From a virus (Duplodnaviria; Caudoviricetes): a DNA stretch of 51,090 nucleotides. The first letter of the stretch is position 1. Each line of letters begins with the position of its first letter. The position numbers were made by a program, and so were the translations under genes. The notes beneath the pieces were generated by a model that saw only the letters and a list, made by a program, of their open reading frames with translations, ran no database searches and was not told the DNA's origin. The stretch is from IMG/VR virus record IMGVR_UViG_3300005326_000743, positions 1-51,090 of that record; one strand, written 5' to 3'. This document shows, piece after piece, positions 7,746 to 17,444 of this stretch.

Positions 7746-9643
7746 TATATAGCCCTCGTTTGAAATTTTACGCTGAGATCACAATCTGGGCCTTTATAAG
7801 CCAGAGTGTTCGCTCCCGACAACAATCTCAGCGGTTTCCCGTCAAGGTATTGGATCGTGTTTTCTGTTCCACGGCTGGCCGTGGCGTTAATGCAATTAAT
7901 TTCCGCGGTCTGCCCGTTGACTAGGTAAAAATCCGAATAGACAAACATGTCGTTTCCATCGGACATATTCTTTAATTCCAGGGGATAGCAGTTCTCCAAA
8001 GCCGCGAAGTCTATCAAGGGAAAAGTTGGCCGGCTTCCGTTATTAGCGGCAGTCAGATTGGTGGCCGTAGTATCTGCATTCCTGGCCTCGTGGAAAGCTA
8101 CGCACCAGCCCTTACGCGGAAAATATGCGTTAAAATTATTCCCCAGCCAAGCCGAAATATTTTCGGTCTGGTCATTCCAGAATAAAACCAGATTGTTAAA
8201 TATCCCCTTCGGAATATTTGATGAATAACCCAATTGCATATTTTCATCAACAATTACAAAAGCTACGGAAGGGGTTTCAGTTCTGAGTAAAACTCCATTA
8301 ATATAGAGCCTTGCGGTTGTGGCTGATATGTAAATAGTAAAATTAACGATATTGTTCCCGGAAAAGGCGGGGTCGCTTGCAGACCAGAAATCATAAGTGT
8401 ATTGTTTTGGAGTTCCATTCGCTTCGTAAACATCCCAATGAAGGCCAGCCCCATCAACAGATAAATGAAATCCTCCCCCGGAACTTGAAGCTCTAGTAGA
8501 AATTATAGATGAGGTATAAATCCCCCAATTCTCATTTGGCTGGAAATTGAAAGACAACGTCATTTCTTGGCTTGCTACGCACCCTGCAAGACAGTCGTAA
8601 TATGCCAAGCCGTAAAGATTTACTAAATAGCTAAAACTGGTAGCATATAGCCCAGTTTCAATTTGCAGAGCATCGCAATAAAAGTCAATATCACCCTGAC
8701 TTTTAGTAATTACATATAGCCTTAAATCTGTGCTAAGGCTGCCTCCAATCGTGATATGAGCGTGTATCCTGTCCCATCCACCGGTTAAAGTATGCTCAAC
8801 CCTAGTCCCCTCTGCTGAATTGGTATTATCACGAAGATAAATTTTTACTACGACTCCCGCTGGCCCCTTTATGTAGCAGGAACCGGTATACGAAGTCGAT
8901 GCAGATGCAGATATTCCAGTCGTGTAAAATCCCTCGTTGGCGGTTAAATCACTTGTCGCAACTTTTAAAGAATTATTCCGGTGCATAGAAACCGTAGAAT
9001 CTTTTGTTAAGGTGGATGAAATGGAAGTAAATCCCGTGGTGTCAGTCTCCACGCTGGCCTGATTTGCAGACAATAGATTTATGGTGGAATTTTCTACTGC
9101 CATTGCGTAACTTCCGAACATTCCGTCAAGCCTATGATTGGCTCTGCCTCTATTTCCTGCCCCATCCGTTGGATAAATAGCGTCAAAACCCTCAAGCCAA
9201 AACTGGCTTTCCCCGCAGCGCAAAATATATGCATCCACAAAGTCATACTTAAAGGGGTCAGCGCATGTGCAGTTAATCGTGAAATCAGATGCCCTGCCAT
9301 TGGTTTGCTTCACCGGCTTGGCTGGGGAGCTGGTAAAAGTTTTAACATTATAATACCGGTTGGCCAGGTAAAATAATTTGATATCATTCTCGGTGTTGTA
9401 AATGAAGCTTTTCAACGCCGAAATCTTATCGTCCAAATCTTCTGCGGTGTTTCCGACAATAGTTCCCTCCAGAACGATCTTCTTTTCTGCCAATGTTTTG
9501 TCTCCAGTCTCGGATGATCCGTGAGCGTAGGGAACGTCAACGAACCGGCTTTTTGTTTCCTCAGAAACGTTCTGAAGCCTGAAAAAATAATTAGCGTTGT
9601 CGGCAAGGTTGAATGTATTTTCGCCATCCTTAAGAAGCAGCAT
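7745..9643 (-). CDS. Evolved distal tail protein (Dit) with inserted carbohydrate-binding and LamG-like domains
   Basis: Dit-like N-terminus (FTINCTCADPFKY) and C-terminus (NNGSRPTFP..LLSGANTL) enclosing about 380 aa of insert; follows the tape measure gene. Confidence 0.75.
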   Translation of the reverse strand: MLLLKDGENTFNLADNANYFFRLQNVSEETKSRFVDVPYAHGSSETGDKTLAEKKIVLEGTIVGNTAEDLDDKISALKSFIYNTENDIKLFYLANRYYNVKTFTSSPAKPVKQTNGRASDFTINCTCADPFKYDFVDAYILRCGESQFWLEGFDAIYPTDGAGNRGRANHRLDGMFGSYAMAVENSTINLLSANQASVETDTTGFTSISSTLTKDSTVSMHRNNSLKVATSDLTANEGFYTTGISASASTSYTGSCYIKGPAGVVVKIYLRDNTNSAEGTRVEHTLTGGWDRIHAHITIGGSLSTDLRLYVITKSQGDIDFYCDALQIETGLYATSFSYLVNLYGLAYYDCLAGCVASQEMTLSFNFQPNENWGIYTSSIISTRASSSGGGFHLSVDGAGLHWDVYEANGTPKQYTYDFWSASDPAFSGNNIVNFTIYISATTARLYINGVLLRTETPSVAFVIVDENMQLGYSSNIPKGIFNNLVLFWNDQTENISAWLGNNFNAYFPRKGWCVAFHEARNADTTATNLTAANNGSRPTFPLIDFAALENCYPLELKNMSDGNDMFVYSDFYLVNGQTAEINCINATASRGTENTIQYLDGKPLRLLSGANTLAYKGPDCDLSVKFQTRAI

Positions 9644-9648
9644 GATTT

Positions 9649-12600
9649 TTACCTCCCACCGCGAGTCAGGCCCTCTACTACGGCCTGCTTCACGCTTTCA
9701 ATTAAACTGGTTTTATCTTCTTGGCTCCCGACATTGCCATAATGATAAAAATTCAGAGTTACGCTCGACTGCCCCGAAACAGCCGAAAGGGCCGTTGAAG
9801 GTGAACTGGATTGAAAATTCATCAACCCCATAAACGCGCTGGCCAACTCGGGAGGAATGAACAGCTCCCCTTTCCTGGCCATCACCGGCACCTGGTCATT
9901 CCAACTAAATCCGGGGATCCGATTGATATAAGCCCCGTTCTGGGCTGCTACGTATCCACCATGCTCACCAAAGAGGCTGCCAAGGATAGGGCCGACTACA
10001 GGAATGAAGCTAAGGGCTTTTCCGATGATATTTCCGACACCCTTGCCTTTTCCGCCCCCCATTTTGGACATGGCGTCAAGCCATTTTTGCACCATATTAT
10101 CGATAAGCTTGTAGACGACTTGGTAAACCAACTGCTGCCACAATTGCGTAACCATATCCTTAAAGCTTTTTTGATAAGCAACCATGTTCGCAAAAGCTGC
10201 CGGCAGCGTCATCATCATGGTTGTAATCCCCTGCTGAAATATGGATCCCCTTATCTCAGCGTACTGCTTGTTTATATTGGTTAAGTTTATCTGATGCTCT
10301 TCTTCCATCCGCTCCGTTTCTTGATCGGTTGCGGCTTTGATCTCAACCTCACTATATCCGGCGGCCTCCATGTCTGCCGCCCAATTGTTTAAATCTTCCT
10401 GTTTTTTCTGGTATGATTCGTTTTCTTTCTCAATTTCTTGGTCATATTTGGACATGTTGGACATTTTTATAACCTCGTTAATTGAGGTTATCCTGCCCAG
10501 ATGCTGGTCCCATAACTCTTCCCGTTTACTGGCGATCTCCTTTTCTTGCCCCCATGCATCCGCCTGCCATTCATTGGGGAGAACCATGGCTGCGCTACCG
10601 GGGCTTAACATGCCCCGGCGCTGATTAAACTCATCCATCGCGGCCGGTAAACCGACTTCCTTAGTTTTATCCAGGTGCTCGGCAAGCTCTTTTTGCCCGG
10701 CTTCTTTTAGATCTTTATCCTTTTGAAGTTGGTAAATTCTCTGGAGGTTCGGAAGTTCTTTTTGAACCAGTGCCTCGCCGCCCAATTGACGCAGGGTTTG
10801 TTTGGTATTCGTCACCCACTCGGATAATTGCATAAGGCTGAGCGCAGTATAATTTCCGGTCAGCTCATACATTTTACTGCGAACGTCCCGGGTGGCATTG
10901 AATTCAGATAGTCTTTGGTCTTCTTGAATTTTGGCCTTTTCTTTGTTATAAGCCTGGTCGATCAGCAGGGAATCGCGAGCATAATCCTTGCTGCTTTTTT
11001 CCATCTTCTTTAGTTTGGCCAGAGAGTCGGTATGCCAATCGTCCAGCCTGGCTAATTCCTCTTTCCAGGTCTGATCGGCCGCTCCGGCGATTTTTATCCG
11101 GGCGGAATCAAGGATGCCCTTGATCTGATCAGTGGTGGTTTTGGCCTTACTTTTCGCCTTGTCGAAAGCGGCATCATAATCAACTCCTCCGCCTCCTCCG
11201 CCATTCCCGCCGCCGGTATTGTTATTATTGGGCTGCTTTTTGGTCTTTGGGGTTCGTTCTCCGTCTTCCCATGCGTCGCGCTGGCTGGAATTTACGCGCC
11301 CGCTCAGGAATTGATCTCGAAGAATGTCCGCTTGCGTACGTGTAGCCGGTTTAGGAGAATCCCATGCTCCGGTAATAATTAGCCCACCGGGGCCCGTCTT
11401 TTTGGATTCCATTAGAAGACTCTTGGTTTGCCCTGAAAAGGTATCTTGGCGGAGAGATTTATCTCCATGTAAAGCATAGTTAGCCAAGGACTTGGCCGTG
11501 GCTCCCCATCCTTTTCTCGCGGCTTCTTCCAATAGCCCGAATTTTTTGATAGCCGCGTCAATTGTTAGGAACGATCCGGCTATTGCGGTAATTAGGATCC
11601 CCCATATTCCGGTAGTGCTGGTTAACGCCGAACCCACTAAAGGAAGAATCTCTTTTATCGATTTCAACCAGCGATAAGCGGTGGGTAAAATCAACAAGAA
11701 TCCCGCAACTCCGGTTGTTAACTCGCCAAGGGCCACCGTCGCCTTTTTGGTTCCCTCGGAAGATTCGTTATATTTCTTCGTTATTTCGGTTAATTTTTCG
11801 GCATATTTAGTTACCGTGGGCATTACCACGGTTCCAAGAGAAATCCCCGTTTCGTTGAGGGCGCTTTTCATTTTCTTCACTTGCCCCTCAAAGGTCTGAC
11901 TCATCATCCCAGCGGCCTTAGTGGCCGACCCGGCCTTGGTGAGCTGGGATTCCATTTCCTTCAACGCCGCCGATCCTTCGGTGACCATGGCCAGCATCGG
12001 TTTTGCGCCCTCAAGCCCGAAAATCCTAACGGCCTGCTGATAACTCATGTGTTTTTGGCCCAGAAGGTCAAGGATTTTTCCAAATTCCTGAGCTTGGGGA
12101 TTGAGTTGTTTGTATGACAGCCCCATTTCGTGCATGGCCTCAACCGCGTCTTTATTCGGCTTGACGAGTTGAGCCAACGAATTAGCCAGTCCAGTCCCGG
12201 CCATCGAGGCTTCAAAGCCCTTGTTGTACAACAGACCCAGGGCTGCGGAAGTCTCTTCCAGGCTCCAGTTTAGCGATTTGGCCGCCGGGCCGATATAAGG
12301 CAGGGAGATGGCCAGCTTTTGGAAGGTAGCCTGAGAAGCATTGATAGTATTGGTCAGGATGTCGGCTACCTTGCTGGCGTCCTTGGCCTGAAGACCGAAC
12401 ATGGCCACTGCCCGGGTGGTTAAGTCGGTAGCTTCGGCGAGATTGGCTCCGGTAGCTGTCGCCAATACTAAAGATCCGTTTAAACCTCCGATGATCTCCT
12501 GGGTTTTCCATCCGGCCGAACCCAGGTAATACATGGCGTCCCCAATTTCAGTAGCGGAATATATAGAATCTTTGGCCGATTCTCGAGCGACACGGTTTAA

Positions 12601-12900
12601 GTCATCCCAATCCTTCCCTACTGCCCCGGTTACGGTTCTGACCCTGGCCATAGATGATTCAAAAGACGATGCCGCGCCGATAATCCCACGAAAAGCGAGT
12701 GCTCCGGCTCCCCCAATACCCATAAATGCGGGCTCCATTTTTTGGAGAGAGTCGGTAAGCTTTTTCATGCTGCCGCCCTCATTGAGCTTTCTGGCCGCTT
12801 CCTCGATCTTTTTTAGCTCCTGTTGAGCCATTTTGGACTGAAGCTCCAGGTTTTTAGCCACGAGCTCGAGGACTATTTGTAATGTTTGTTGGTTTGTCAT
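9649..12900 (-). CDS. Tail tape measure protein (TP901-type core)
   Basis: FESSMARVRTVTGA, YSATEIGDAMYYLGSAG, SMAGTGL motifs; 1083 aa helical. Confidence 0.95.
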   Translation of the reverse strand: MTNQQTLQIVLELVAKNLELQSKMAQQELKKIEEAARKLNEGGSMKKLTDSLQKMEPAFMGIGGAGALAFRGIIGAASSFESSMARVRTVTGAVGKDWDDLNRVARESAKDSIYSATEIGDAMYYLGSAGWKTQEIIGGLNGSLVLATATGANLAEATDLTTRAVAMFGLQAKDASKVADILTNTINASQATFQKLAISLPYIGPAAKSLNWSLEETSAALGLLYNKGFEASMAGTGLANSLAQLVKPNKDAVEAMHEMGLSYKQLNPQAQEFGKILDLLGQKHMSYQQAVRIFGLEGAKPMLAMVTEGSAALKEMESQLTKAGSATKAAGMMSQTFEGQVKKMKSALNETGISLGTVVMPTVTKYAEKLTEITKKYNESSEGTKKATVALGELTTGVAGFLLILPTAYRWLKSIKEILPLVGSALTSTTGIWGILITAIAGSFLTIDAAIKKFGLLEEAARKGWGATAKSLANYALHGDKSLRQDTFSGQTKSLLMESKKTGPGGLIITGAWDSPKPATRTQADILRDQFLSGRVNSSQRDAWEDGERTPKTKKQPNNNNTGGGNGGGGGGVDYDAAFDKAKSKAKTTTDQIKGILDSARIKIAGAADQTWKEELARLDDWHTDSLAKLKKMEKSSKDYARDSLLIDQAYNKEKAKIQEDQRLSEFNATRDVRSKMYELTGNYTALSLMQLSEWVTNTKQTLRQLGGEALVQKELPNLQRIYQLQKDKDLKEAGQKELAEHLDKTKEVGLPAAMDEFNQRRGMLSPGSAAMVLPNEWQADAWGQEKEIASKREELWDQHLGRITSINEVIKMSNMSKYDQEIEKENESYQKKQEDLNNWAADMEAAGYSEVEIKAATDQETERMEEEHQINLTNINKQYAEIRGSIFQQGITTMMMTLPAAFANMVAYQKSFKDMVTQLWQQLVYQVVYKLIDNMVQKWLDAMSKMGGGKGKGVGNIIGKALSFIPVVGPILGSLFGEHGGYVAAQNGAYINRIPGFSWNDQVPVMARKGELFIPPELASAFMGLMNFQSSSPSTALSAVSGQSSVTLNFYHYGNVGSQEDKTSLIESVKQAVVEGLTRGGR

Positions 12901-12927
12901 CGCTTTTCAATGCAGAAGGCTGGAGTT

Positions 12928-13188
12928 TTAACCCCCCAGCCTTCTGTCTAATTCTTCCTGTGCCTTATTGTGCCAGTTCTTTCGTTCGCTGTCCTTTAGT
13001 GCTTTTTCCCGAGCAGCGGAGATACGTCTCAGCTCTGCAACATACCCGCAGAATATCATCCATGGCATCTCCATCAGGTCTCTATGAGAAAAGTGGAAGT
13101 AATGAGCCACTTGGCCCATGATGGTCAGGAAACTTATCCCTCCGGAGTCACTTCCTGATTCTCCACCTTCTCCTGACTCGGAAAAGGG
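12928..13188 (-). CDS. Tail assembly chaperone frameshift extension (gpT-like)
   Basis: The -1 frame is open from the slippery site into ORF 12928-13119. Confidence 0.8.
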   Translation of the reverse strand, partial: PFSESGEGGESGSDSGGISFLTIMGQVAHYFHFSHRDLMEMPWMIFCGYVAELRRISAAREKALKDSERKNWHNKAQEELDRRLGG

Positions 13189-13559
13189 TTTTGCTCTTGA
13201 ATCTCCCTCATCTTAGCGTCAAGCTCGTCAGGGCTAAGCCCCATCATTTTCCCCATGCCGACTGCGAGTTGCTTGCTAAGTTCCTCCAAAATCGCAACCA
13301 GTTGGAAAAAGTTCAGATTTTTTAAAACCCAATCGGTGGTCATTTCAGGGTCAACGGGCAAGAGAATGTACTTGCTTATGAATTCAGCATAGGCCCCAAG
13401 CCCTTTTTCTCGAGTAGCCAGACTTAAAAATCCAATCTCTTTTTCCAGTTGTACCTGTTGGATCATGGCTTCAAGGGGATAATCTATTTCTAAACTTTTC
13501 CCCTTAATGGTTAGATTGATTTTTTGATCAAGGTCATCCAGGTTTAACATTGTTGGCAT
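13134..13559 (-). CDS. Tail assembly chaperone (gpG-like)
   Basis: Between tail tube and tape measure genes; carries the slippery site. Confidence 0.85.
   Translation of the reverse strand: MPTMLNLDDLDQKINLTIKGKSLEIDYPLEAMIQQVQLEKEIGFLSLATREKGLGAYAEFISKYILLPVDPEMTTDWVLKNLNFFQLVAILEELSKQLAVGMGKMMGLSPDELDAKMREIQEQNPFPSQEKVENQEVTPEG
13182..13188 (-). other. -1 programmed ribosomal frameshift heptamer C CCT TTT
   Basis: XXXYYYZ heptamer in the correct phase (AAC CCT TTT) near the 3' end of the chaperone gene. Confidence 0.85.
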
Positions 13560-13574
13560 TGTGCTATTTCCTCC

Positions 13575-14987
13575 TTAACAATATTTGGTGGGATCAATAT
13601 TGGTGAATTTGATGGTCAGGGACTGTTGATCTCCGGCATTTCCCTGCCCGCTGATCTCCTGCTCAATCTTCTCGTTATTGCCGCCAGTCAGATTGACCGG
13701 GGCAGACAGGTAAACTAAATAGGGAATGGTAATCTCCATCGCCTGACTTGCTGATTTCGAGGCTTTAATATAAATCATTCCCTTGTGCATATCGCTGGCC
13801 AGGGTGGTGCCGTTGCCATACAAGGCGCGATTATAGAACACCTCATCGTCAAAAAGCAGGGTACCGGAGAAGGTTACCTTTCTTTTTCCTTCGAGGATGT
13901 GGGCCCGGGTCAATTCGTCGGTGACAATTCCGTCATCCAATCCATTATTAAAACCGACTTCGAATTTGCTTACGTTACTGGTCTTGAGCAAGGTTTTGAC
14001 TCCGGTAGCATGAGAAGCCGCAATCGTGCTGAGTTGCGCCCGATCAACGGTTAAGCTTCCGGCTCCGGATGCAGCCGACTTAGCGGAAACCTTTAACACG
14101 TCATCATCTTGCCGGAAATAATCTCCAACCTCATACCGTTCCAGGTAGTCGGTCAGCACGGTAGTCGCGCTATCGCTGATGCCGGATTTCAACTCGTCGA
14201 TGTCGATGTAGAAATCGGCTTCATGGAAGATCAACGGCATAGTGGCTTCCAGGGTTTCGGTCAATGCTGAGGTCTTTTTCTCCGCCGAAGTTCCCATATA
14301 ATTCACGGTCATTTTAAGCGGCTTGCCAGGAGCTTCGCCCGAGATTTTTATTTCGCTGATTTTGGCATCCTTGATCCGATCGATCAGCTTGCTGGCCCCT
14401 ACCATTCTCTCCAGGGTCACCCAGGTTAATACATCGGTCATGGCCGGACGGTGGAAATAGGGAGAGGTAACTTCTTTTACTGCGACGGCGGTGTCGTGGG
14501 CGTATTTCGTGGGAGTAGCATTTTTCAGGATCAAATGGCCAGCAGAAACCGAGTTGATCTGACAGATTTCGGCCTTTTCGTGATAGTCAGCCTCAAGCTG
14601 GCACCAGTCAGTTCCTGAAAAGTTGGTTTCCGAGGTGATTGGTAGGTCTGTAGCCCCGGCGCTTACCCCTCCGGATAACGTTGAACTTCCCCCTCCGGCG
14701 ACTGCGCTGCCGGCTACCCTGTCATTTCCCATGGCGTGAGCCATTACCAATGCTGAGCTAACCGGGTAAATCGGCATCGAAAAGCTTCCATCCGGTTTAA
14801 CTGACGTTACGATAGTTTCTCTATCGTCCCTGCCGTCTCCATGCACCGACAACTGCTCGCTGGCTTTTTCGATTTTCAACGCCTCATCTTGGAAACGAAT
14901 GAAAGTAGTGGGGGTAGTGTCGGCATTTTTGGCCGTCTGACCACCCATGGCTAAATATCCCTGTTCTTTTCTGGTCAGCTCTCCCAT
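13575..14987 (-). CDS. Major tail tube protein with two inserted small beta domains
   Basis: Position; tube-like motifs (GSFSMPIYP, FEVGFNNGL, GKRKVTFSGTLLF). Confidence 0.8.
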   Translation of the reverse strand: MGELTRKEQGYLAMGGQTAKNADTTPTTFIRFQDEALKIEKASEQLSVHGDGRDDRETIVTSVKPDGSFSMPIYPVSSALVMAHAMGNDRVAGSAVAGGGSSTLSGGVSAGATDLPITSETNFSGTDWCQLEADYHEKAEICQINSVSAGHLILKNATPTKYAHDTAVAVKEVTSPYFHRPAMTDVLTWVTLERMVGASKLIDRIKDAKISEIKISGEAPGKPLKMTVNYMGTSAEKKTSALTETLEATMPLIFHEADFYIDIDELKSGISDSATTVLTDYLERYEVGDYFRQDDDVLKVSAKSAASGAGSLTVDRAQLSTIAASHATGVKTLLKTSNVSKFEVGFNNGLDDGIVTDELTRAHILEGKRKVTFSGTLLFDDEVFYNRALYGNGTTLASDMHKGMIYIKASKSASQAMEITIPYLVYLSAPVNLTGGNNEKIEQEISGQGNAGDQQSLTIKFTNIDPTKYC

Positions 14988-14988
14988 T

Positions 14989-15183
14989 TTATTTCACCTC
15001 GATTCTTTTGCTAAATTTAGATTGGTTCTGAGGATCCTGAACTGCCCCATAAACCGGCTCAACGTCTTCGCGTTCTTTGGCCTCAGCCTCTGGGATATCC
15101 GGGCAAATCTCGCCTGGTTGGTACAGTTTGCCTTTAATCAGAACCGGATAAGTCTTTAAAATTTTCGCCCCTTGGTAAGCCAT
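14989..15183 (-). CDS. Small virion-associated protein
   Basis: RBS AAGGAGG; GKLYQPGE motif seen in small head/tail proteins. Confidence 0.6.
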   Translation of the reverse strand: MAYQGAKILKTYPVLIKGKLYQPGEICPDIPEAEAKEREDVEPVYGAVQDPQNQSKFSKRIEVK

Positions 15184-15200
15184 ATTGTGTACCTCCTTGA

Positions 15201-15683
15201 TTAAAAAATATGCGTGCAGGTCTTGACCTCTACTTCTGTGGCCACGACCCCAATATTAAGCTCAAGCCCGTCAAATAAGGCCTGCTCTTCTGACTCATAA
15301 TCCGTTCTTTTCGGCAAGCAACTTTCGCAAGAAATTTCAGGGATCCCCAGACTCCCTAGGGTATAATTGTCCAGCAATAATTCGGATATTTTCTCCGCTT
15401 TCTCGACATCCGTGGCAAGATATTCCTCGCCATCCGCCCGCTTGCGCAAGAAGAGTATTCGGAAGTTGTAAGTTACATCAATTACTCCCTGGGCGATCTT
15501 CTCGATGATGTGATTTTTCGGCTCGATTAATACCGCATTAAGCCAATTCTCGAGATCTTGCGGAGCCGGCAGACTGGTCAAGTTGCCCTTGCTTACTACC
15601 TTTAGCCCCAGTTCGGTTGATAGGTTCGTGTTAATCAACCCAACCAGGTGATCCATAATTTGATTATTAAACAGCCTGGTCAT
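15201..15683 (-). CDS. Tail terminator / completion protein
   Basis: Position in the neck module; 160 aa. Confidence 0.6.
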   Translation of the reverse strand: MTRLFNNQIMDHLVGLINTNLSTELGLKVVSKGNLTSLPAPQDLENWLNAVLIEPKNHIIEKIAQGVIDVTYNFRILFLRKRADGEEYLATDVEKAEKISELLLDNYTLGSLGIPEISCESCLPKRTDYESEEQALFDGLELNIGVVATEVEVKTCTHIF

Positions 15684-16242
15684 TCAAAGCCGCTCCAATC
15701 GCTTGCATTAAATAATTTACAACCTTTGGCTTAACGTTCTCAAAGGCCGGGTTTAAGAATGGGTGAGCTTTACCGCTTACATGGATAGCCTTTCTTTCTA
15801 CCGCTCCTCTTGCCTCGGCCCATGCCTTAAGAGAAGGTGAAGCGCTGAAGGGCACGAACCATTTCTTCCCCTTTTTGTGTACCCAAAGACCGGTTCTCTC
15901 TAGTACCTTTTGCTGCAATCCATGTCGTTTTAACCAGGTGGAAATTGCCCGGGTCGGTACAAAATGCGGCTTGGTTCCGTATTCAATATAAGGGGCATAT
16001 TTAACGTTTGATCCTACAAGCAACCGATATGTCCCGCCACTCTTGCTGACCTGGGGGACAATGCTGCTTCTTAATCTCCCAGTATCAACCGGAACTTTAG
16101 TTTTCGCCCCATTCTCTACTTCAAATCCGATTTTATTAAGGGCCGCCCTGATGTTGGTATCCAACAGCTGACCCTTTTTCTGGAGGGATTCTATCGTTTC
16201 TCTGAACCCCACGATCTTAGTTGTCAGAGCAAAATCGCTCAC
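15667..16242 (-). CDS. HK97 gp10-like tail completion protein
   Basis: AKTKVPVDTGRLRSSI, YAPYIEYGT, AHPFLNPA motifs. Confidence 0.9.
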   Translation of the reverse strand: MSDFALTTKIVGFRETIESLQKKGQLLDTNIRAALNKIGFEVENGAKTKVPVDTGRLRSSIVPQVSKSGGTYRLLVGSNVKYAPYIEYGTKPHFVPTRAISTWLKRHGLQQKVLERTGLWVHKKGKKWFVPFSASPSLKAWAEARGAVERKAIHVSGKAHPFLNPAFENVKPKVVNYLMQAIGAALNDQAV

Positions 16243-16559
16243 TTCTTCTCCTCCAGTACCGCTTCAAAGTGGTGTCCGAAATAATTTTTAATCCCCTGGA
16301 GAATGAACTCTTGCCCGCTCCAGGTTATAATGTCGGAGCTTTTTAGCTCCGTGGTTCTCCAAGTTATTTTTTGAGTGGCTTTGGGAAATCTCCCCAGCAC
16401 GCTTTCTTGCTCTCGTCCAGACAGCGGCTCAATTCTACAAATTAAGTTGTCGGTTACCAGCGTGGGTACATTATTTACAGGCTTTTTAGTCCCGGGCACA
16501 AAACCCAGGCTCGGCCGTTTAACCGTAGCGGTGTGGATCATCATTCCATCAAAACTCAT
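16239..16559 (-). CDS. Head closure / head-tail adaptor (SPP1 gp16-like)
   Basis: IEPLSGRE motif; position. Confidence 0.7.
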   Translation of the reverse strand: MSFDGMMIHTATVKRPSLGFVPGTKKPVNNVPTLVTDNLICRIEPLSGREQESVLGRFPKATQKITWRTTELKSSDIITWSGQEFILQGIKNYFGHHFEAVLEEKK

Positions 16560-16561
16560 GA

Positions 16562-17215
16562 TTAAAAGGATTCCCTTCGGTAAGAGTTCAGGATGTCAAG
16601 AACTTGAATCGGGAAGCTGTTTTTAACCGAAGTATCCTGGTACGTGACGCTGTAACCACCGATTACCTCCTGCTTAATCCCCAGGTTTTGGTTTTTGTCT
16701 GCCAGATAGGCTTCCTTAACCAACAAAATGCAGGCCTCCTCAAGATCTCTCGGTAAAGTGCGGACAATCTGACCCGCCTCATCCTGTGGCAGAACATAAC
16801 CGGCTGTATATTTAGCCTCGATATTAAATCTCTGGGCCTGGGAATTTACCTCAACGTCTAACCATGCGGTGTTTACGATTCCGCCAACCCAACCGTTGAT
16901 ATTGTGCAGCATACCAGCTTCGGCATCTAGGAAAAAATCCGAAGTGGTGGTATTTATCACATTGCCGTCAACCTTAATTTCATCAATGCTGACGATGGGG
17001 TAATTTTTTAAAACCAGGAACTGCCTGCCTTGGCCGGAATGCTTTTCGCCGGAATATTGTTGTTTCTTGAATTTTCTGCCACAGTATGTTTCAATGCGAT
17101 CGCTGGCGAAATTGATAAAATGGTTAAGCAGATCGTCTTCACCAGAGCCGGTAACTCCGACTCTTTTTCTGGCCAGCTCGGTAGTGGTTAATGCATTCTC
17201 AGCCAAGGCGGGCAT
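16562..17215 (-). CDS. Head-tail connector (HK97 gp6-like)
   Basis: DDLLNHFINFASDRIETYCGRKF, YTAGY, LPRDLEEACILLV, GGYSVTY. Confidence 0.85.
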   Translation of the reverse strand: MPALAENALTTTELARKRVGVTGSGEDDLLNHFINFASDRIETYCGRKFKKQQYSGEKHSGQGRQFLVLKNYPIVSIDEIKVDGNVINTTTSDFFLDAEAGMLHNINGWVGGIVNTAWLDVEVNSQAQRFNIEAKYTAGYVLPQDEAGQIVRTLPRDLEEACILLVKEAYLADKNQNLGIKQEVIGGYSVTYQDTSVKNSFPIQVLDILNSYRRESF

Positions 17216-17224
17216 GGTTTCCTC

Positions 17225-17443
17225 CTACTGATTGCTCATCATCCGGTTTTGGGCCGGATTAGGGACATCGGTTGTTTTGCTCTCTCCAGATTTAATCTCG
17301 GTGGTTTTGTAACCAGGGCGTGAAACCGATTCGGCAACCTTACGCTGAATTAACTCCTTTGCTTTTTCAGGCGGGAATCCGGCGGTTTCTCCAGGATTAT
17401 AAACACCATACTTTCGTGTGAACTTAACGGGTATATTGTTCAT
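17225..17443 (-). CDS. Small head-associated protein
   Basis: YNPGETAGFPPEKAKELIQRKVAE motif common after capsid genes. Confidence 0.65.
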   Translation of the reverse strand: MNNIPVKFTRKYGVYNPGETAGFPPEKAKELIQRKVAESVSRPGYKTTEIKSGESKTTDVPNPAQNRMMSNQ

Positions 17444-17444
17444 C

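Noticed and set aside
809-9643. Diversity-generating retroelement or invertible tail-fibre cassette
   Set aside because: No reverse transcriptase, no template/variable repeat pair and no invertase or inverted fibre copy noticed
11180-11235. Asn/Gly low-complexity tract in the tape measure gene
   Set aside because: Mixed codons; an ordinary flexible linker
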